A stretch of 64,000 nt of DNA from Micrococcales bacterium (GTDB lineage Bacteria; Actinomycetota; Actinomycetes; Actinomycetales; CAWJMD01): positions 13,852-77,851 of the forward strand of contig PDSI01000147.1 in the NCBI GenBank assembly GCA_002748415.1, read 5' to 3'. The notes beneath the pieces are model-generated. The model was not told the DNA's origin. It ran no database searches and worked only from the letters and a program-made list of their open reading frames with translations. Each line of letters opens with the position of its first letter. Positions within the stretch are counted from its first letter, which is position 1. Shown piece after piece: positions 44,120-55,054 of the stretch. The translations under genes were made by a program, and so were the position numbers.

Positions 44120-45121
44120 GTGAAGCTGCTGTTCGCGGGCACCCCGCAGGCGGCAGTGCCGGCCTTGCAGGCCTTGCTGGCCAGCGACCACGACGTCGTC
44201 GGGGTGCTGACCCGCCCGGACGCTCGCGCCGGGCGCGGCCGCCGGTCGGCGCAGCCGCAGTACAGCCCGGTCAAACAGGTCGCCCTGCGGGCGGGCCTGC
44301 CGGTGCTGCAGCCGGCCCGGCTGGACGATGCGGCGCAGGCCGAGATCGCCGGACTCGCCCCGGACTGCTGCCCGGTGGTGGCCTACGGGAACCTGTTGCC
44401 GGCCGCCGCGCTGGCCGTTCCCCCGCTGGGCTGGGTGAACCTGCACTTCTCGCTACTGCCCGCCTGGCGAGGCGCCGCACCGGTCCAGCACGCCGTCATC
44501 AACGGCGACGACATCACCGGCGCCACCGTTTTCGTGGTGGAAGAAGACATGGACACCGGCCCGGTGCTGTCCACCCTCAGCGAGCCCGTCCAACCCGCAC
44601 AGACCGCCGGCGAGCTGCTGGATCGGCTGGCCCAGGCCGGCGCGGACCTGCTGCTGTCCACCCTGGACGGGCTGGCCGCCGGTGCGTTGACCCCCGTGCC
44701 GCAGCCCGCGGACGGGGTGTCCTACGCACCCAAGATCAGCACCGCGGACGCCCGGGTTCGCTGGAGCCACCCGGCCCAGTCCGTCGACCGGCGGATTCGT
44801 GGCTGCACCCCCGCTCCCGGCGCGTGGACCGGGTGGCATGACGAACGGCTCAAGATCGGCCCGGTCAGCCTGGAGCCGGCAGCACCGGCACTGTCATCTG
44901 GTCCGGCACCGGCACCTGATGAGGCACTGGCGCCCGGTGAGCTGTCGGTCACCAAGGCCGGGGTGCTGGTCGGTACCGCCACCACCGCGGTGCGGCTCGG
45001 GCAGGTGCAGCCCGCCGGCAAGAAGCCGATGCCCGCCACCGACTGGGCGCGTGGAGCGCGGGTCCAGCCGGGGGACAGGTTCGCCGACGGTACCGGCTTG
45101 GGCACCCAAGCCGGTCCGTGA
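44120..45121 (+). CDS. fmt: Methionyl-tRNA formyltransferase
   Basis: [30 protein letters not shown]. Confidence 0.97.
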   Translation: MKLLFAGTPQAAVPALQALLASDHDVVGVLTRPDARAGRGRRSAQPQYSPVKQVALRAGLPVLQPARLDDAAQAEIAGLAPDCCPVVAYGNLLPAAALAVPPLGWVNLHFSLLPAWRGAAPVQHAVINGDDITGATVFVVEEDMDTGPVLSTLSEPVQPAQTAGELLDRLAQAGADLLLSTLDGLAAGALTPVPQPADGVSYAPKISTADARVRWSHPAQSVDRRIRGCTPAPGAWTGWHDERLKIGPVSLEPAAPALSSGPAPAPDEALAPGELSVTKAGVLVGTATTAVRLGQVQPAGKKPMPATDWARGARVQPGDRFADGTGLGTQAGP

Positions 45122-46557
45122 TGGCCGCCGCTCGCCGGGCCCCCGCCCGGTCCAGGCCGCGTCGCGGCGACCCGGTTCGCACCGTCGTACTGCAGGTGTT
45201 GCGCGAGGTGGCCGAGTCCGACTCCTACGCCAACCTGCTGTTGCCGGTGGCGCTGCGCCGCGCCGGGCTGACCGGGCGCGACGCGGCGCTGGCCACCGAA
45301 CTGACCTACGGCACCCTGCGCGGTGCCGGCACCTACGACGCCATCCTGTCCACCTGTGTGCACCAGGACCTGGGCGGTCTGGACCCCGGCGTGCTGGAAC
45401 TGCTGCGGTTGGGCAGCCACCAGCTGCTACGCACCCGCATCCCCACCCACGCCGCGGTCGGCGAGACCGTCGCCCTGGCCAGGGCGAGCGTCGGATCCGG
45501 GGCCAGCGGGCTGGTCAATGCGGTGCTGCGGAAGGTGGCCGCCCGCAGCTGGGATGCCTGGCTGGAGATCATCACCGCCGGTGTCGGCGACCCGGACCGC
45601 AGGCTGGCGCTGCTGCATGCTCACCCGGTGTGGATCGTGCGGGCGCTGCGGATGGCGCTGGCCGGTTCGGACGATCCGGCTGGCGAACTGGTGGCCGCAC
45701 TGGCCGCGAACAACGAACCGCCCCGGGTCACCCTGCTGGCCGTGCCCGGGCTGATCGACGTGCCCGGCCTGGCCCGGCAGGCCGCGGCCGCCGGGATCCA
45801 GACGCAGCCCGGCCGGTTCTCGCCGTGGGCACTGCGACTGGCCGGCCGGGACCCGGCAGCGTTGCCTGCGGTGGCGCAGCGGTGCGCGCGGGTGCAGGAC
45901 GAAGGCAGCCAGCTGGTCGCCGGTGCGCTGGCCGGCTTGCCGGTCCACGGCGGCGAACAGCACTGGATGGACCTGTGCGCCGGACCCGGCGGCAAGACCG
46001 CGGTGCTGGCCGGGCTGGCCCCCGCCGGGGTGCGGGTGACCGCCGTGGAGCCCGCAGCGCACCGGGCCCGGTTGGTCGAAGACGCCCTGCCGGCGCAGCT
46101 GGCCGGCCGGGTCGAGGTGCGCACCGGTGACGGGCGCGACCCCGCGGTGACCGGGCAGCCCGGCCCGGGGTGGGCGGGTTACGACCGGGTATTGGTGGAC
46201 ACGCCCTGCACCGGATTGGGGGCGCTGCGCCGCCGGCCGGAGGCGCGGTGGCGGCGGCAGCCGGGGGACCTGGCCGCCCTCGGGCCGCTGCAACGGGAGC
46301 TGTTGAGCGCGGCGGTCCGGATGACCCGCCCGGGCGGGATCATCGCCTACACCACGTGTTCACCGCATCCGGCGGAGACCGCTGCCGTCGTGCAGGACGT
46401 GCTGGGTGGGCGCGACGACGTCAGCCTGGTGGACGCGGCCCCGGCGTTGCCTGGGCAAGTGCCGGCCGCGGCGCTCGGACCTTTCGCCCAGTTGTGGACC
46501 CACCGGCACGGCACGGATGCGATGTTCCTGGCCCTGCTGCGCGTACTCAACCGGTAG
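45118..46557 (+). CDS. rsmB: RsmB/NOP RNA m5C methyltransferase
   Basis: NusB-like N-terminus, [28 protein letters not shown]. Confidence 0.93.
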   Translation: MMAAARRAPARSRPRRGDPVRTVVLQVLREVAESDSYANLLLPVALRRAGLTGRDAALATELTYGTLRGAGTYDAILSTCVHQDLGGLDPGVLELLRLGSHQLLRTRIPTHAAVGETVALARASVGSGASGLVNAVLRKVAARSWDAWLEIITAGVGDPDRRLALLHAHPVWIVRALRMALAGSDDPAGELVAALAANNEPPRVTLLAVPGLIDVPGLARQAAAAGIQTQPGRFSPWALRLAGRDPAALPAVAQRCARVQDEGSQLVAGALAGLPVHGGEQHWMDLCAGPGGKTAVLAGLAPAGVRVTAVEPAAHRARLVEDALPAQLAGRVEVRTGDGRDPAVTGQPGPGWAGYDRVLVDTPCTGLGALRRRPEARWRRQPGDLAALGPLQRELLSAAVRMTRPGGIIAYTTCSPHPAETAAVVQDVLGGRDDVSLVDAAPALPGQVPAAALGPFAQLWTHRHGTDAMFLALLRVLNR

Positions 46558-47803
46558 AGGCCCGGCGCGGGCGAATGTCGAACCGGCCGATTCCGGCGCC
46601 CACTGCGGCCACCGCCCGGTTGCGCCCGGACGCCTTGGCCACGTACATGGCCTTGTCAGCGTGCAGCAGCAACTGATCCCACTGTTGCGAACCGGCTACC
46701 CCCGGGTGCTGGTCGCTACCCGCGACACCCACACTGATGGTCACCTGGTACCCCGGCTCGAGCTCCTCGCCCCACGGCAGCGCGGCCACCGCGTCCCGCA
46801 GCCGCTCGCCCAGCCGGGCCGCCGCGTCCTGGGTGGTGTCCGGCAGCAACAGGGCGAATTCCTCCCCGCCGATGCGGGCCAGCACGTCGTCCTCGCGAAC
46901 CAGGGTCGACAGTGTTCCGGCGATCTTGCGCAGGACCTGATCGCCCACCGCGTGCCCGAAGCTGTCGTTGATCTCCTTGAAATGGTCGATGTCGACCATC
47001 ACCAGGGAGTGGGTGCGGTCGTGCATGAACGGGTCGGTGAGGGTGTTCATCAGCCGGCGCCGGTTGTACAGGCCGGTCAGATCGTCGCGCTGGGACAGTT
47101 CGTCCAGTTCGGCGGTCAGTTTGCGTTGCCGGTGCAGCACCTCCTGCAGCTCCTGGGTGCGTTCGTTGACCCGGCGTTCGAGGTCGCTGTTGGCCCTGCT
47201 CAGTTCGGCGGTCAGCTGAGCGTTGTCGGCCAGCCCCGCATCGAGTGCGCCCAGCACCCGGTCGAAGCTGAACGACCCGAGCGCGCAGGTGACACCGATC
47301 ATGGTGATCAGGGCGGCGTACAGGGTCACGTCCGGGCCGGTGACGGTGGTGGCGGGCAGGTGGGGCAGCAGGGGCCAGACCAGGACGGAACCGACGCAGA
47401 GGGTGACGAGGAAGAGGACGAAGCGCCAGCTTTGCGTCCAGGCTCCGAGCACCAGGATGAACAGCAGCCCGATGATGGCGGTCGTGGGGTCGTGTTCGAC
47501 GTCCAGCGCGTAGAGGTTGACGGCCACCGCGACCGGAAGGAGGAAGGACAGAGCCAGGTGGAGCTTGCCGGACAGGATCAGGGGAATGCCCGCTACGAAC
47601 GGCCAAGCCCCCACCACCAGCAGGGGTATCGACGTCGAACCGGCCTCGCACGCCAGCAACAGCAGGCCGAGAATCAGGCAGAGAAGTCCGACCGGGACCA
47701 TCAGGATCAGGTGAAAACGGACGCGCAGGGCGTGGCTGGGATGCGGCTGGCCCTGCGAGGCAAGCCGTTCCGCCAGCCGAAGAACCCGGCGCAGTGTGGT
47801 CAT
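46547..47803 (-). CDS. Membrane-anchored diguanylate cyclase
   Basis: Several TM helices, coiled coil, [33 protein letters not shown]-site, [17 protein letters not shown]. Confidence 0.93.
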   Translation of the reverse strand: MTTLRRVLRLAERLASQGQPHPSHALRVRFHLILMVPVGLLCLILGLLLLACEAGSTSIPLLVVGAWPFVAGIPLILSGKLHLALSFLLPVAVAVNLYALDVEHDPTTAIIGLLFILVLGAWTQSWRFVLFLVTLCVGSVLVWPLLPHLPATTVTGPDVTLYAALITMIGVTCALGSFSFDRVLGALDAGLADNAQLTAELSRANSDLERRVNERTQELQEVLHRQRKLTAELDELSQRDDLTGLYNRRRLMNTLTDPFMHDRTHSLVMVDIDHFKEINDSFGHAVGDQVLRKIAGTLSTLVREDDVLARIGGEEFALLLPDTTQDAAARLGERLRDAVAALPWGEELEPGYQVTISVGVAGSDQHPGVAGSQQWDQLLLHADKAMYVAKASGRNRAVAAVGAGIGRFDIRPRRASTG

Positions 47804-47829
47804 CCGCTTCGCTCACCTATGGTGTGGAC

Positions 47830-48522
47830 ATGGGCATCGCCATCTCACCGAGCATTCTCAGTAGCGACTTCGCGAACCTCTCTGCAGAATTGTCGCGGAT
47901 CGAGTCGGCCGATTGGGCCCATATCGACGTAATGGACAATCATTTTGTCCCCAACCTGACCATCGGCCAGCCGGTCGTGGAGGCGTTGGCCAAGGTCAGC
48001 CCGGTGCCCATCGACGCGCACCTGATGATCGAGGACCCCGACCGATGGGCACCGGGGTACGTGGAGGCCGGTGCCGCCAGCGTCACTTTCCATGTCGAGG
48101 CCGCTACCGCCCCGTTCCGGTTGTCCCGCCAGCTGCGCACGATGGGGGCGAAGGTGGGGATGGCCCTGCGCCCGGCGACCCCGGTGGAACCGATGATCGA
48201 CCTGCTGCCCGCGATGGACATGCTGTTGATCATGACCGTGGAGCCGGGTTTCGGCGGCCAGTCGTTCCTGGCAGCGACGCTGCCCAAGATCCGGCGGGCC
48301 CGGCGGGCCATCGATGCCAGCGGCCTGCAGATCGCGTTACAGGTCGACGGCGGGGTCGGCCAATCGAGCATCGAGCAGTGTGCGGAAGCCGGCGCCGACG
48401 TTTTCGTGGCCGGTTCGGCGGTCTACGGAGCCGACGATATCGCCGGCCGCATCGCGGGGCTGCGCCAGGCTGCGCAAGCTGCCCACGACCGGCGCACGCC
48501 CGGTGGTGGCACGCCCGAGTAG
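47830..48522 (+). CDS. rpe: Ribulose-phosphate 3-epimerase
   Basis: [37 protein letters not shown]. Confidence 0.97.
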   Translation: MGIAISPSILSSDFANLSAELSRIESADWAHIDVMDNHFVPNLTIGQPVVEALAKVSPVPIDAHLMIEDPDRWAPGYVEAGAASVTFHVEAATAPFRLSRQLRTMGAKVGMALRPATPVEPMIDLLPAMDMLLIMTVEPGFGGQSFLAATLPKIRRARRAIDASGLQIALQVDGGVGQSSIEQCAEAGADVFVAGSAVYGADDIAGRIAGLRQAAQAAHDRRTPGGGTPE

Positions 48523-48588
48523 GGAACCGGCCGCGGATACCTCTACCCTTGGCGGAAAGCGATTGTGCCGACAAGGAGAACAAGGGAC

Positions 48589-48852
48589 GTGAAGACGTTC
48601 GAGGGGCTGTGGGCCGAGCTGCGCAGCAGGGCGCAGGAACGTCCCGCCGGTTCCGGTACCGTCACCGCGCTGGACGCGGGTGTGCACGCCATCGGCAAGA
48701 AGGTGGTGGAGGAGGCGGCGGAGGTGTGGATGGCCGCCGAGTACGAGTCGCCGCAACGGGCCGCCGAGGAGATCTCCCAGCTGCTGTACCACGTGCAGGT
48801 GATGATGCTGGCCACCGGGGTGGCCTTGGAAGACGTGTACGAGCAGTTGTGA
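48589..48852 (+). CDS. hisE: Phosphoribosyl-ATP diphosphatase
   Basis: [26 protein letters not shown]. Confidence 0.95.
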   Translation: MKTFEGLWAELRSRAQERPAGSGTVTALDAGVHAIGKKVVEEAAEVWMAAEYESPQRAAEEISQLLYHVQVMMLATGVALEDVYEQL

Positions 48853-48943
48853 GCCGCCTCGCCGGGGCAACCACCTGCGCGCCGGCCGCTACGTACCGAA
48901 CCGAAACGAGTGGTGCACCAGCGCACCCAGGAGGAGAGTGCCG

Positions 48944-49798
48944 ATGCTGCGCGTCGCGGTCCCGAACAAAGGGTCCTTGTCCGAGCCGGCCGAGCGGATC
49001 CTGTCCGAGGCCGGGTACCCGGCGCGCCGGGACGGCAAACAGCTGACGGCGATCGATGAGCAGAACGGTATCCACCTGTTCTTCCTGCGTCCCCGAGACA
49101 TCGCCGTGTACGTGGGAGCCGGAACCCTGCACGCCGGTATCACCGGCCGGGACCTGCTCTTGGACGCCAGGGTCGCGGCCACCGAGGTGATGGGCCTGGG
49201 GTTCGCCCGGTCCACCTTCCGGTTCGCTGCCCGGCCGGGCACCGCGTCTTCGCTGGCGGACATGTCCGGGCTACGGGTGGCCACCAGCTACTCCCACCTG
49301 GTGGCCGACTACTTGGCCCGCCACCACGTGGACGCCCCGGTGTGGCGGCTGGACGGAGCGGTCGAGGGCGCGGTCGAGTTGGGGGTGGCCGACGTCATCG
49401 CCGACGTGGTGCAGACCGGCAGCACATTGCGGGCGGCCGGGTTGGAGGTGTTCGGGGAGCCGATCCTGGAATCCGAGGCGGTGCTGATCCGCGCCGAAGG
49501 GCAGCTGGACGCCGAGGTATCGCAGGCCCTCACCGTGCTCGGGCGCCGGCTGAACGGGGTGCTGGTGGCTCGCAAGTATGTGCTGATGGACTACGACATC
49601 CGGGTCGAACTACTGGAGTCGGCCGTCGAGATCACCCCCGGGCTGGAATCGCCGACGGTCTCCCCGCTGGCCGACCCGCAGTGGGTGGCGGTGCGGGCCA
49701 TGGTCGAACGCCGCAGCACCAACGCCGCGATGGACAAGCTGTACGCGCTCGGGGCCAGGGCGATCCTGGTCACCACCATCCACGCCTGCCGGATGTGA
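48944..49798 (+). CDS. hisG: ATP phosphoribosyltransferase (long form)
   Basis: LRVAVPNKG, LRPRDI, DVVQTGSTL, TPGLESPT. Confidence 0.97.
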   Translation: MLRVAVPNKGSLSEPAERILSEAGYPARRDGKQLTAIDEQNGIHLFFLRPRDIAVYVGAGTLHAGITGRDLLLDARVAATEVMGLGFARSTFRFAARPGTASSLADMSGLRVATSYSHLVADYLARHHVDAPVWRLDGAVEGAVELGVADVIADVVQTGSTLRAAGLEVFGEPILESEAVLIRAEGQLDAEVSQALTVLGRRLNGVLVARKYVLMDYDIRVELLESAVEITPGLESPTVSPLADPQWVAVRAMVERRSTNAAMDKLYALGARAILVTTIHACRM

Positions 49799-49808
49799 CG
49801 CGGCTGGC

Positions 49809-50252
49809 TCAGTCCGGCGCGTCGGCCTGGTTGTGCAGCGCCACCAGCTCGGCCAGCCGGGTGGCTTCCGTCCTGGTGTGCTGCGCGCCATCGGCCCGCT
49901 GAATCCCCATCACCGACAAGGTATCGCCGTCGGAGAGGTCCAGCCGGACCCACGGATCGTCGCCGAGCCGGACGTTGACGATCTGGGCCCACTCCAGCGA
50001 GGTCGTGTGGATCAGGTTCCGCACCCGCAGGCCGGTGGCGGAGGGGATGGCCGCAACGGTGGCCTGCCGGTAGAGCACGGCGGCGATGAGCAATCCCACT
50101 GCGACGAACCCGATCCGGTCCAGGGCTTCCGCACCCGGCACGAACACGGCCAGCGCCACCATCGCGACCACGATGCCGACCGCGAACGTGTACGCGATCG
50201 GCCGGGCGCGCATCGGGCGGAACGGCTGGTACAGATCTGGGTCCTTGCCCAC
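49809..50252 (-). CDS. Membrane protein with bacterial PH-like domain
   Basis: Two TM helices then GLRVRN...W..I..VRL..DPWV.LDL.DG; usual convergent neighbour of hisG in actinobacteria. Confidence 0.8.
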   Translation of the reverse strand: MGKDPDLYQPFRPMRARPIAYTFAVGIVVAMVALAVFVPGAEALDRIGFVAVGLLIAAVLYRQATVAAIPSATGLRVRNLIHTTSLEWAQIVNVRLGDDPWVRLDLSDGDTLSVMGIQRADGAQHTRTEATRLAELVALHNQADAPD

Positions 50253-50304
50253 AACGGCACTGTAGTCCAGCTTGGGTATCGCCGTCCCGCCCGGCTCCTG
50301 CGGG

Positions 50305-51819
50305 TCAGGAGTCTTCCTGTACCCAGTCCAAGGTGCGCTGGACGGCCCTGTCCCATTCCTTGTACAGCTGGTCGATGTCCTTGCTGTCCATCTGCGGTTC
50401 CCAGCGCTTGTCCTCGGCCCACTGCTTGCGCAGGTCGTCCTCGTCCTTCCAGAAACCGACGGCGAGCCCGGCCGCGTAGGCAGCGCCGAGCGCCGTGGTC
50501 TCGGTGATCTGCGGGCGGATGACGGGTACGCCGAGCAGGTCGGCCTGGAACTGCATGAGGGTCTCGTTGGCCACCATGCCGCCGTCGACCTTCAGCTCGG
50601 TCAGGTCGACCCCTGAGTCGGCGTTCATCGCATCCATCACCTCACGGCTCTGGAACGCGACCGCCTCCAGCGCCGCCCGGGCGATGTGGTTGCGGTTGGC
50701 GTAGCGGGTCAGGCCGACGATGACCCCGCGAGCATCGGACCGCCAGCGCGGGGCGAACAGGCCGGAGAACGCCGGCACCACGTACACCCCGCCGTTGTCC
50801 TCGACCTCCTTGGCCAGGTCCTCCACTTCGGGTGCGGAGGAGATCAGCCTGAGGTTGTCCCGCAGCCACTGCACCAGCGACCCGGTGACGGCGATCGAGC
50901 CCTCCAGCGCGTACACCTGCGGCTGGTCGCCGATCTTGTAGCAGACCGTGGTGAGCAGGCCGTTCTTGCTCATCACCTTCTCGGTGCCGGTGTTCAGCAG
51001 CATGAAGTTGCCGGTGCCGTAGGTGTTCTTGGCGGTGCCGGGCTCGAAGCAGACCTGCCCGAAGGTGGCGGCCTGCTGGTCGCCGAGGATGCCGGCGATG
51101 GGCACACCGGTCAGCAGCCCGTGTTCGCGGCCCGTGCCGTACTCCTCGGAGGAGGAGCGGATCTGCGGCAGCATGGACATGTACAGGCCCATGTCGGCGA
51201 CGATGTCCTCGTCCCAGTCCAGCGTCTCCAAGTCCATCATCAGGGTGCGGGAGGCGTTGGTGACGTCGGTGACGTGCACCCCGCCGTCGACGCCGCCGGT
51301 CATGTTCCACACCAGCCAGGTGTCCATGTTCCCGAACAGCAGGTCACCGGCCTGTGCCTTGGCCCTGGCTCCCTCGACGTTGTCCAGGATCCAGCGGGCC
51401 TTGGGCCCGGAGAAGTAGGTGGCCAGCGGCAGGCCGACCTTGGCCTTGTATCGTTCGGCGCCGCCGCCCAGGTCACCGAGTTCCCGGCAGATCTTGTCCG
51501 TACGGGTGTCCTGCCAGACGATCGCGTTGTACACCGGTTCGCCGGTGGTCTTGTCCCAGACCATCGCGGTCTCGCGCTGGTTGGTGATGCCCACGGCGGC
51601 GATGTCGCGGTTGTTCAGCGACGCCTGGGACAGCGCGTTCGCGACCACTTCGCGAGTGTTGTTCCAGATTTCCTTCGGGTTGTGCTCGACCCAGCCGGCC
51701 TTGGGGAAGATCTGCTCGTGCTCCATTTGGCCGACCGAGACGACCTTGCCGTCCTGGTCGAAAATCATGCACCTGGTCGAGGTGGTTCCCTGGTCGATGG
51801 CGGCGATATGAGTGCCCAT
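50305..51819 (-). CDS. glpK: Glycerol kinase
   Basis: [38 protein letters not shown]; GGAG RBS. Confidence 0.98.
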   Translation of the reverse strand: MGTHIAAIDQGTTSTRCMIFDQDGKVVSVGQMEHEQIFPKAGWVEHNPKEIWNNTREVVANALSQASLNNRDIAAVGITNQRETAMVWDKTTGEPVYNAIVWQDTRTDKICRELGDLGGGAERYKAKVGLPLATYFSGPKARWILDNVEGARAKAQAGDLLFGNMDTWLVWNMTGGVDGGVHVTDVTNASRTLMMDLETLDWDEDIVADMGLYMSMLPQIRSSSEEYGTGREHGLLTGVPIAGILGDQQAATFGQVCFEPGTAKNTYGTGNFMLLNTGTEKVMSKNGLLTTVCYKIGDQPQVYALEGSIAVTGSLVQWLRDNLRLISSAPEVEDLAKEVEDNGGVYVVPAFSGLFAPRWRSDARGVIVGLTRYANRNHIARAALEAVAFQSREVMDAMNADSGVDLTELKVDGGMVANETLMQFQADLLGVPVIRPQITETTALGAAYAAGLAVGFWKDEDDLRKQWAEDKRWEPQMDSKDIDQLYKEWDRAVQRTLDWVQEDS

Positions 51820-51913
51820 CGGTCTCTCCAAACGTCGGTGTTCGGTTAACGAATTGTCATCCGGGTACGGGGTAGCAGTGCGGAGGGTGCGGTACCGCTT
51901 GGCGATCGGGGGC

Positions 51914-52639
51914 TCAGACGTAGGCCGCAGCCACCAGTCCGGCCAGCACGCCGCCGACGATCGGGCCCACGACCGGAATCCAGGAGTAGCCCCAGTCGTT
52001 GCCATCCTTGTGGGGAATCGGCAGCAGCGCGTGCGCGATGCGTGGGCCCAGGTCACGGGCCGGGTTGATCGCATACCCGGTGGGGCCGCCGAGGCTGGCG
52101 CCGATACCGACGACGAGCAGTGCCACCGCCAGCGGGCCGAGCTTGTCCGGGGTGTCTCCGAACGCGATGACGACGAAGACCAGCACGAAGGTGCCGATCG
52201 CCTCGGTGACCAGGTTCCAGGCGGTGGAGCGGATCTGCGGCCCGGTGGAGAAGATGCCGAGGCTGGGGGCGTCCGCACGCTCGTCGAACTCCTTCTTGTA
52301 CGCCACCCAGGTCAGGACCGCGCCGAGGAAGGCGCCGATCATCTGACCGACCAGATAGGTGATGGTGGAGGCGAAGCTGACCTCGACTCCGGGGGCATAC
52401 TCCTCGGCGCCGTTGGCCAGCAGGCCGAAGGTGACCGCGGGGTTGATGTGACCACCGGACTTGAACGCGACGACGACGCCGGCGAAGACTGCGAGGCCCC
52501 AGCCGAAGTTGACCAGCAGCCAGCCGCCGTTGTGCCCTTTGCTCTTGGGCAGGACGACGTTGGCGACGACACCGCAGCCGAGCAGCAGCAGCATCGCGGT
52601 GCCGAGCAGTTCGGATATGAACACGCTGCCCAGATCCAT
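51914..52639 (-). CDS. glpF: Glycerol uptake facilitator (MIP family)
   Basis: [10 protein letters not shown] and [16 protein letters not shown] motifs; AAGGA RBS. Confidence 0.96.
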   Translation of the reverse strand: MDLGSVFISELLGTAMLLLLGCGVVANVVLPKSKGHNGGWLLVNFGWGLAVFAGVVVAFKSGGHINPAVTFGLLANGAEEYAPGVEVSFASTITYLVGQMIGAFLGAVLTWVAYKKEFDERADAPSLGIFSTGPQIRSTAWNLVTEAIGTFVLVFVVIAFGDTPDKLGPLAVALLVVGIGASLGGPTGYAINPARDLGPRIAHALLPIPHKDGNDWGYSWIPVVGPIVGGVLAGLVAAAYV

Positions 52640-52842
52640 AGGGGGTCCTTTCGTGACACGGTCAACTCTGACCGCAACCGGCCCGGCCGGGAACGGCGTC
52701 GGGCGGAGCAAGACACGGACGCGTGCCGCGCGCTCCGGGGGTAGAGAGTAGTGATTGTCCGGCCCCGGTGGCGAATCGCCACTCGGTCGACTACCCCATT
52801 CGTGACTGTCCCGTGTCCCGGCCGGGCACCACGTCGGCGGCG

Positions 52843-53898
52843 TCAGAGCAGGCTGACGTGGGCCTGCTCGGCCGGCACCTGCTGCTGGACCAGCCCGGTC
52901 TCCAGCATGAAGCTGGACATCTCCGCCCACTTCTGGCGGTCCTGGGCGCCGAGGTCTTGCGGGTCACCGATCAGCCGCAGGGTCGCGGTGAGCGTGGCCA
53001 GGGCGGCCTTCTCCTGTTCCGGGGTGGTCAGGGTGGGTACCGAGCGCTTGCTGAGGGTGACCGCTGCGGCTGGGTCGTCCGCGATCTCAGCCGTGGCGGT
53101 GCGTAGGGCGGTGATGACCGCGGCCAGGTCGTCCTCGCGTTCCCGAAGCGTCGGGCCCATCGCGTTCAGCCCGGCGCCGACCAGGTTGCCCTGCACGGGC
53201 ACGGAGGCCACGTCGATGCCTGCGTCCTGCAGCCGGACCAGCTCGTTGTTCGCATACCCCATGACCACGTCGACCTTGTCGGAGATCAGCGCCGCCTGCT
53301 GGGTGAAGCCGATGGTCTGGATGTCCACCGCGGATTGGTCCAGCCCACCCTGGCGCAGCAGCGCGAGCAGCCCGAACCAGGTCTCGCCGAGCTGGCCGGG
53401 CACGCCGATCGTCTTGCCGCGCAGCCGGTGCGCACCGGTCAGGCCGGCCTGCGCCCGGGCAATAGCCACCACCGGGTACTTCTGGTAGATCGTGCCGAAG
53501 TCGACCACGTCGACCCCTTGGGAGCGGGCCTGCATCATCTCGGCGGCGCCGGCGTAGAGCACATCTTCGGTGCCGGCCTGCAACGCTCCGAAGAGTGGTT
53601 CGCGCGCACCGTGATGGCGCACCGTCACGTCCAGCCCGGCACGGGCGAAATGCCCGTGTTCCTGGGCGACGTACACGGGTGCGAACTGGATGTCCGGAAG
53701 GTAGGACAGGCCGATGGTCAGCGATGTGGCTGCGCCGGTGGCGGTGGGGTTGCCGGAAAGCCGGGCCTGTTCGTCGTCGTGACACCCCGCCAGTAGCGGC
53801 AGCGTCGCCAGGCCGGCGACGGTACCGAGCATCCGCCGGCGGGTGAGTGGGCGGCAGGTATGCGGGTCCTGGGGGCGGGCGCAATCACGTGGTGTCAT
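52843..53898 (-). CDS. ABC substrate-binding lipoprotein (NMT1/THI5-like), putative riboflavin-binding RibY
   Basis: TRRRMLG twin-Arg-like signal and LLAGC lipobox; YLPDIQFAP; in the FMN-riboswitch operon. Confidence 0.82.
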   Translation of the reverse strand: MTPRDCARPQDPHTCRPLTRRRMLGTVAGLATLPLLAGCHDDEQARLSGNPTATGAATSLTIGLSYLPDIQFAPVYVAQEHGHFARAGLDVTVRHHGAREPLFGALQAGTEDVLYAGAAEMMQARSQGVDVVDFGTIYQKYPVVAIARAQAGLTGAHRLRGKTIGVPGQLGETWFGLLALLRQGGLDQSAVDIQTIGFTQQAALISDKVDVVMGYANNELVRLQDAGIDVASVPVQGNLVGAGLNAMGPTLREREDDLAAVITALRTATAEIADDPAAAVTLSKRSVPTLTTPEQEKAALATLTATLRLIGDPQDLGAQDRQKWAEMSSFMLETGLVQQQVPAEQAHVSLL

Positions 53899-53911
53899 AC
53901 TGAGTCCTTTG

Positions 53912-54817
53912 TCATACGGAGTCCTTTCGCAAGGCGGTGTCGACGCAGCGGGCCGGGGAAAGGACGCCTGGTGACAGCACGTCGGGTCCGCGCCGGCGAG
54001 GCGTCCCGGGCGGGACCCTCGCCGCTGCCGTGGACGGGCCGATGCGGGGACGGCTGGTGGTGGGGCGCAACGGGTCCAGCAGCCATTCCAGCGCGAGCAT
54101 GCCCAGATACGCCACGATCGCCAGGAGACACAGCATCACGATGGTGGCGAACACGCCGGTGGTGTCCACCGCGGCGGCCTGAGCGGAGATGATCATGCCC
54201 AAACCGTCGCCACCCATGACGAACTCGCCGACGACTGCGCCGGTGATGGACAGGGTGAAACCGTTGCGCAGGCCGGTGAGCACGGCCGGGCGGGCCAGTG
54301 GCTCTTCGACGTAGCGGATCATCAGCCACCCGGTGGCACCGTCCAGGACGGCGGCCTCGGCGATCTCCGGCGGCAGGCTGCGCAGGCCGAGGACGGTGGT
54401 CAACAGCATCGGGAAGAACACGATGAGCGCGCACAGGATGACGATGGGTAGCAGCCCATAGCCGACCCACAGCACCAGCAGCGGTGCGAGCGCGATCGCC
54501 GGCAAGGCCTGGGACGCCGCCAGGTAGGGGGAGATGGCGGCCTCGGCGACCCGGCTGCGGGCCACCAGGTAGCCGGCCGGAAGGGCGACCAGCATGGCCA
54601 GTAGGCAGCCGAGGGTGGCCTCCTTCACGGTGGTCAGTGCCCGGCCGGCCAGCATTCCGGAGCCGAGGTCGGCACTGAAGCGTTCGGCCACCGCGCCGGG
54701 GCCGGGCACCAGCGTCGGCGGGACCTGGCCGCTGGCGGTGATGACCCACCAACAGCCCAGCAACAGCATGCCGAGCACGACGGGGGCGACGATGCGGGTG
54801 GTGGTGAGCCTGCTCAT
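53912..54817 (-). CDS. ABC permease (SsuC-like), putative riboflavin transporter RibX
   Basis: EAAVLDGA EAA loop, PAIALAPL, GAVVGEF; first gene after the FMN riboswitch. Confidence 0.85.
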   Translation of the reverse strand: MSRLTTTRIVAPVVLGMLLLGCWWVITASGQVPPTLVPGPGAVAERFSADLGSGMLAGRALTTVKEATLGCLLAMLVALPAGYLVARSRVAEAAISPYLAASQALPAIALAPLLVLWVGYGLLPIVILCALIVFFPMLLTTVLGLRSLPPEIAEAAVLDGATGWLMIRYVEEPLARPAVLTGLRNGFTLSITGAVVGEFVMGGDGLGMIISAQAAAVDTTGVFATIVMLCLLAIVAYLGMLALEWLLDPLRPTTSRPRIGPSTAAARVPPGTPRRRGPDVLSPGVLSPARCVDTALRKDSV

Positions 54818-54890
54818 GGTCCCTTCCCGGTCGCCGAGCGCCGGGCACAGGACACCGCAAACAGCACGAGCCGACAAGCGGCAGCGCCGC

Positions 54891-55030
54891 GTGCGCCTCC
54901 CATCCGGACTTTTACCGTCGGTTCCGGACTTCCACCGGATCAACCGGCTCGTCGGCCTGCTGGCCGAGACTCGAGCCGGGTCGCGGACTGTCACCGCCGG
55001 TTCGGACTTTCACCGACCCCGGAGCACGTT
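54891..55030 (-). ncRNA. FMN riboswitch (RFN element)
   Basis: Minus strand reads GTGCTCCGGGGTCGGTGAAAGTCCGAACCGGCGGTGACAGTCCGCGA...TGATCCGGTGGAAGTCCGGAACCGACGGTAAAAGTCCGGATGGGAGG, containing the RFN conserved blocks; TAGACT -10 just upstream. Confidence 0.97.
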
Positions 55031-55054
55031 GCCGTTCCAGTCTACGCCGACCGG

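Noticed and set aside
52768-52782. Palindrome GTGGCGAATCGCCAC upstream of glpF as an operator
   Set aside because: Single short copy, equally explained as a terminator hairpin for the upstream riboflavin operon
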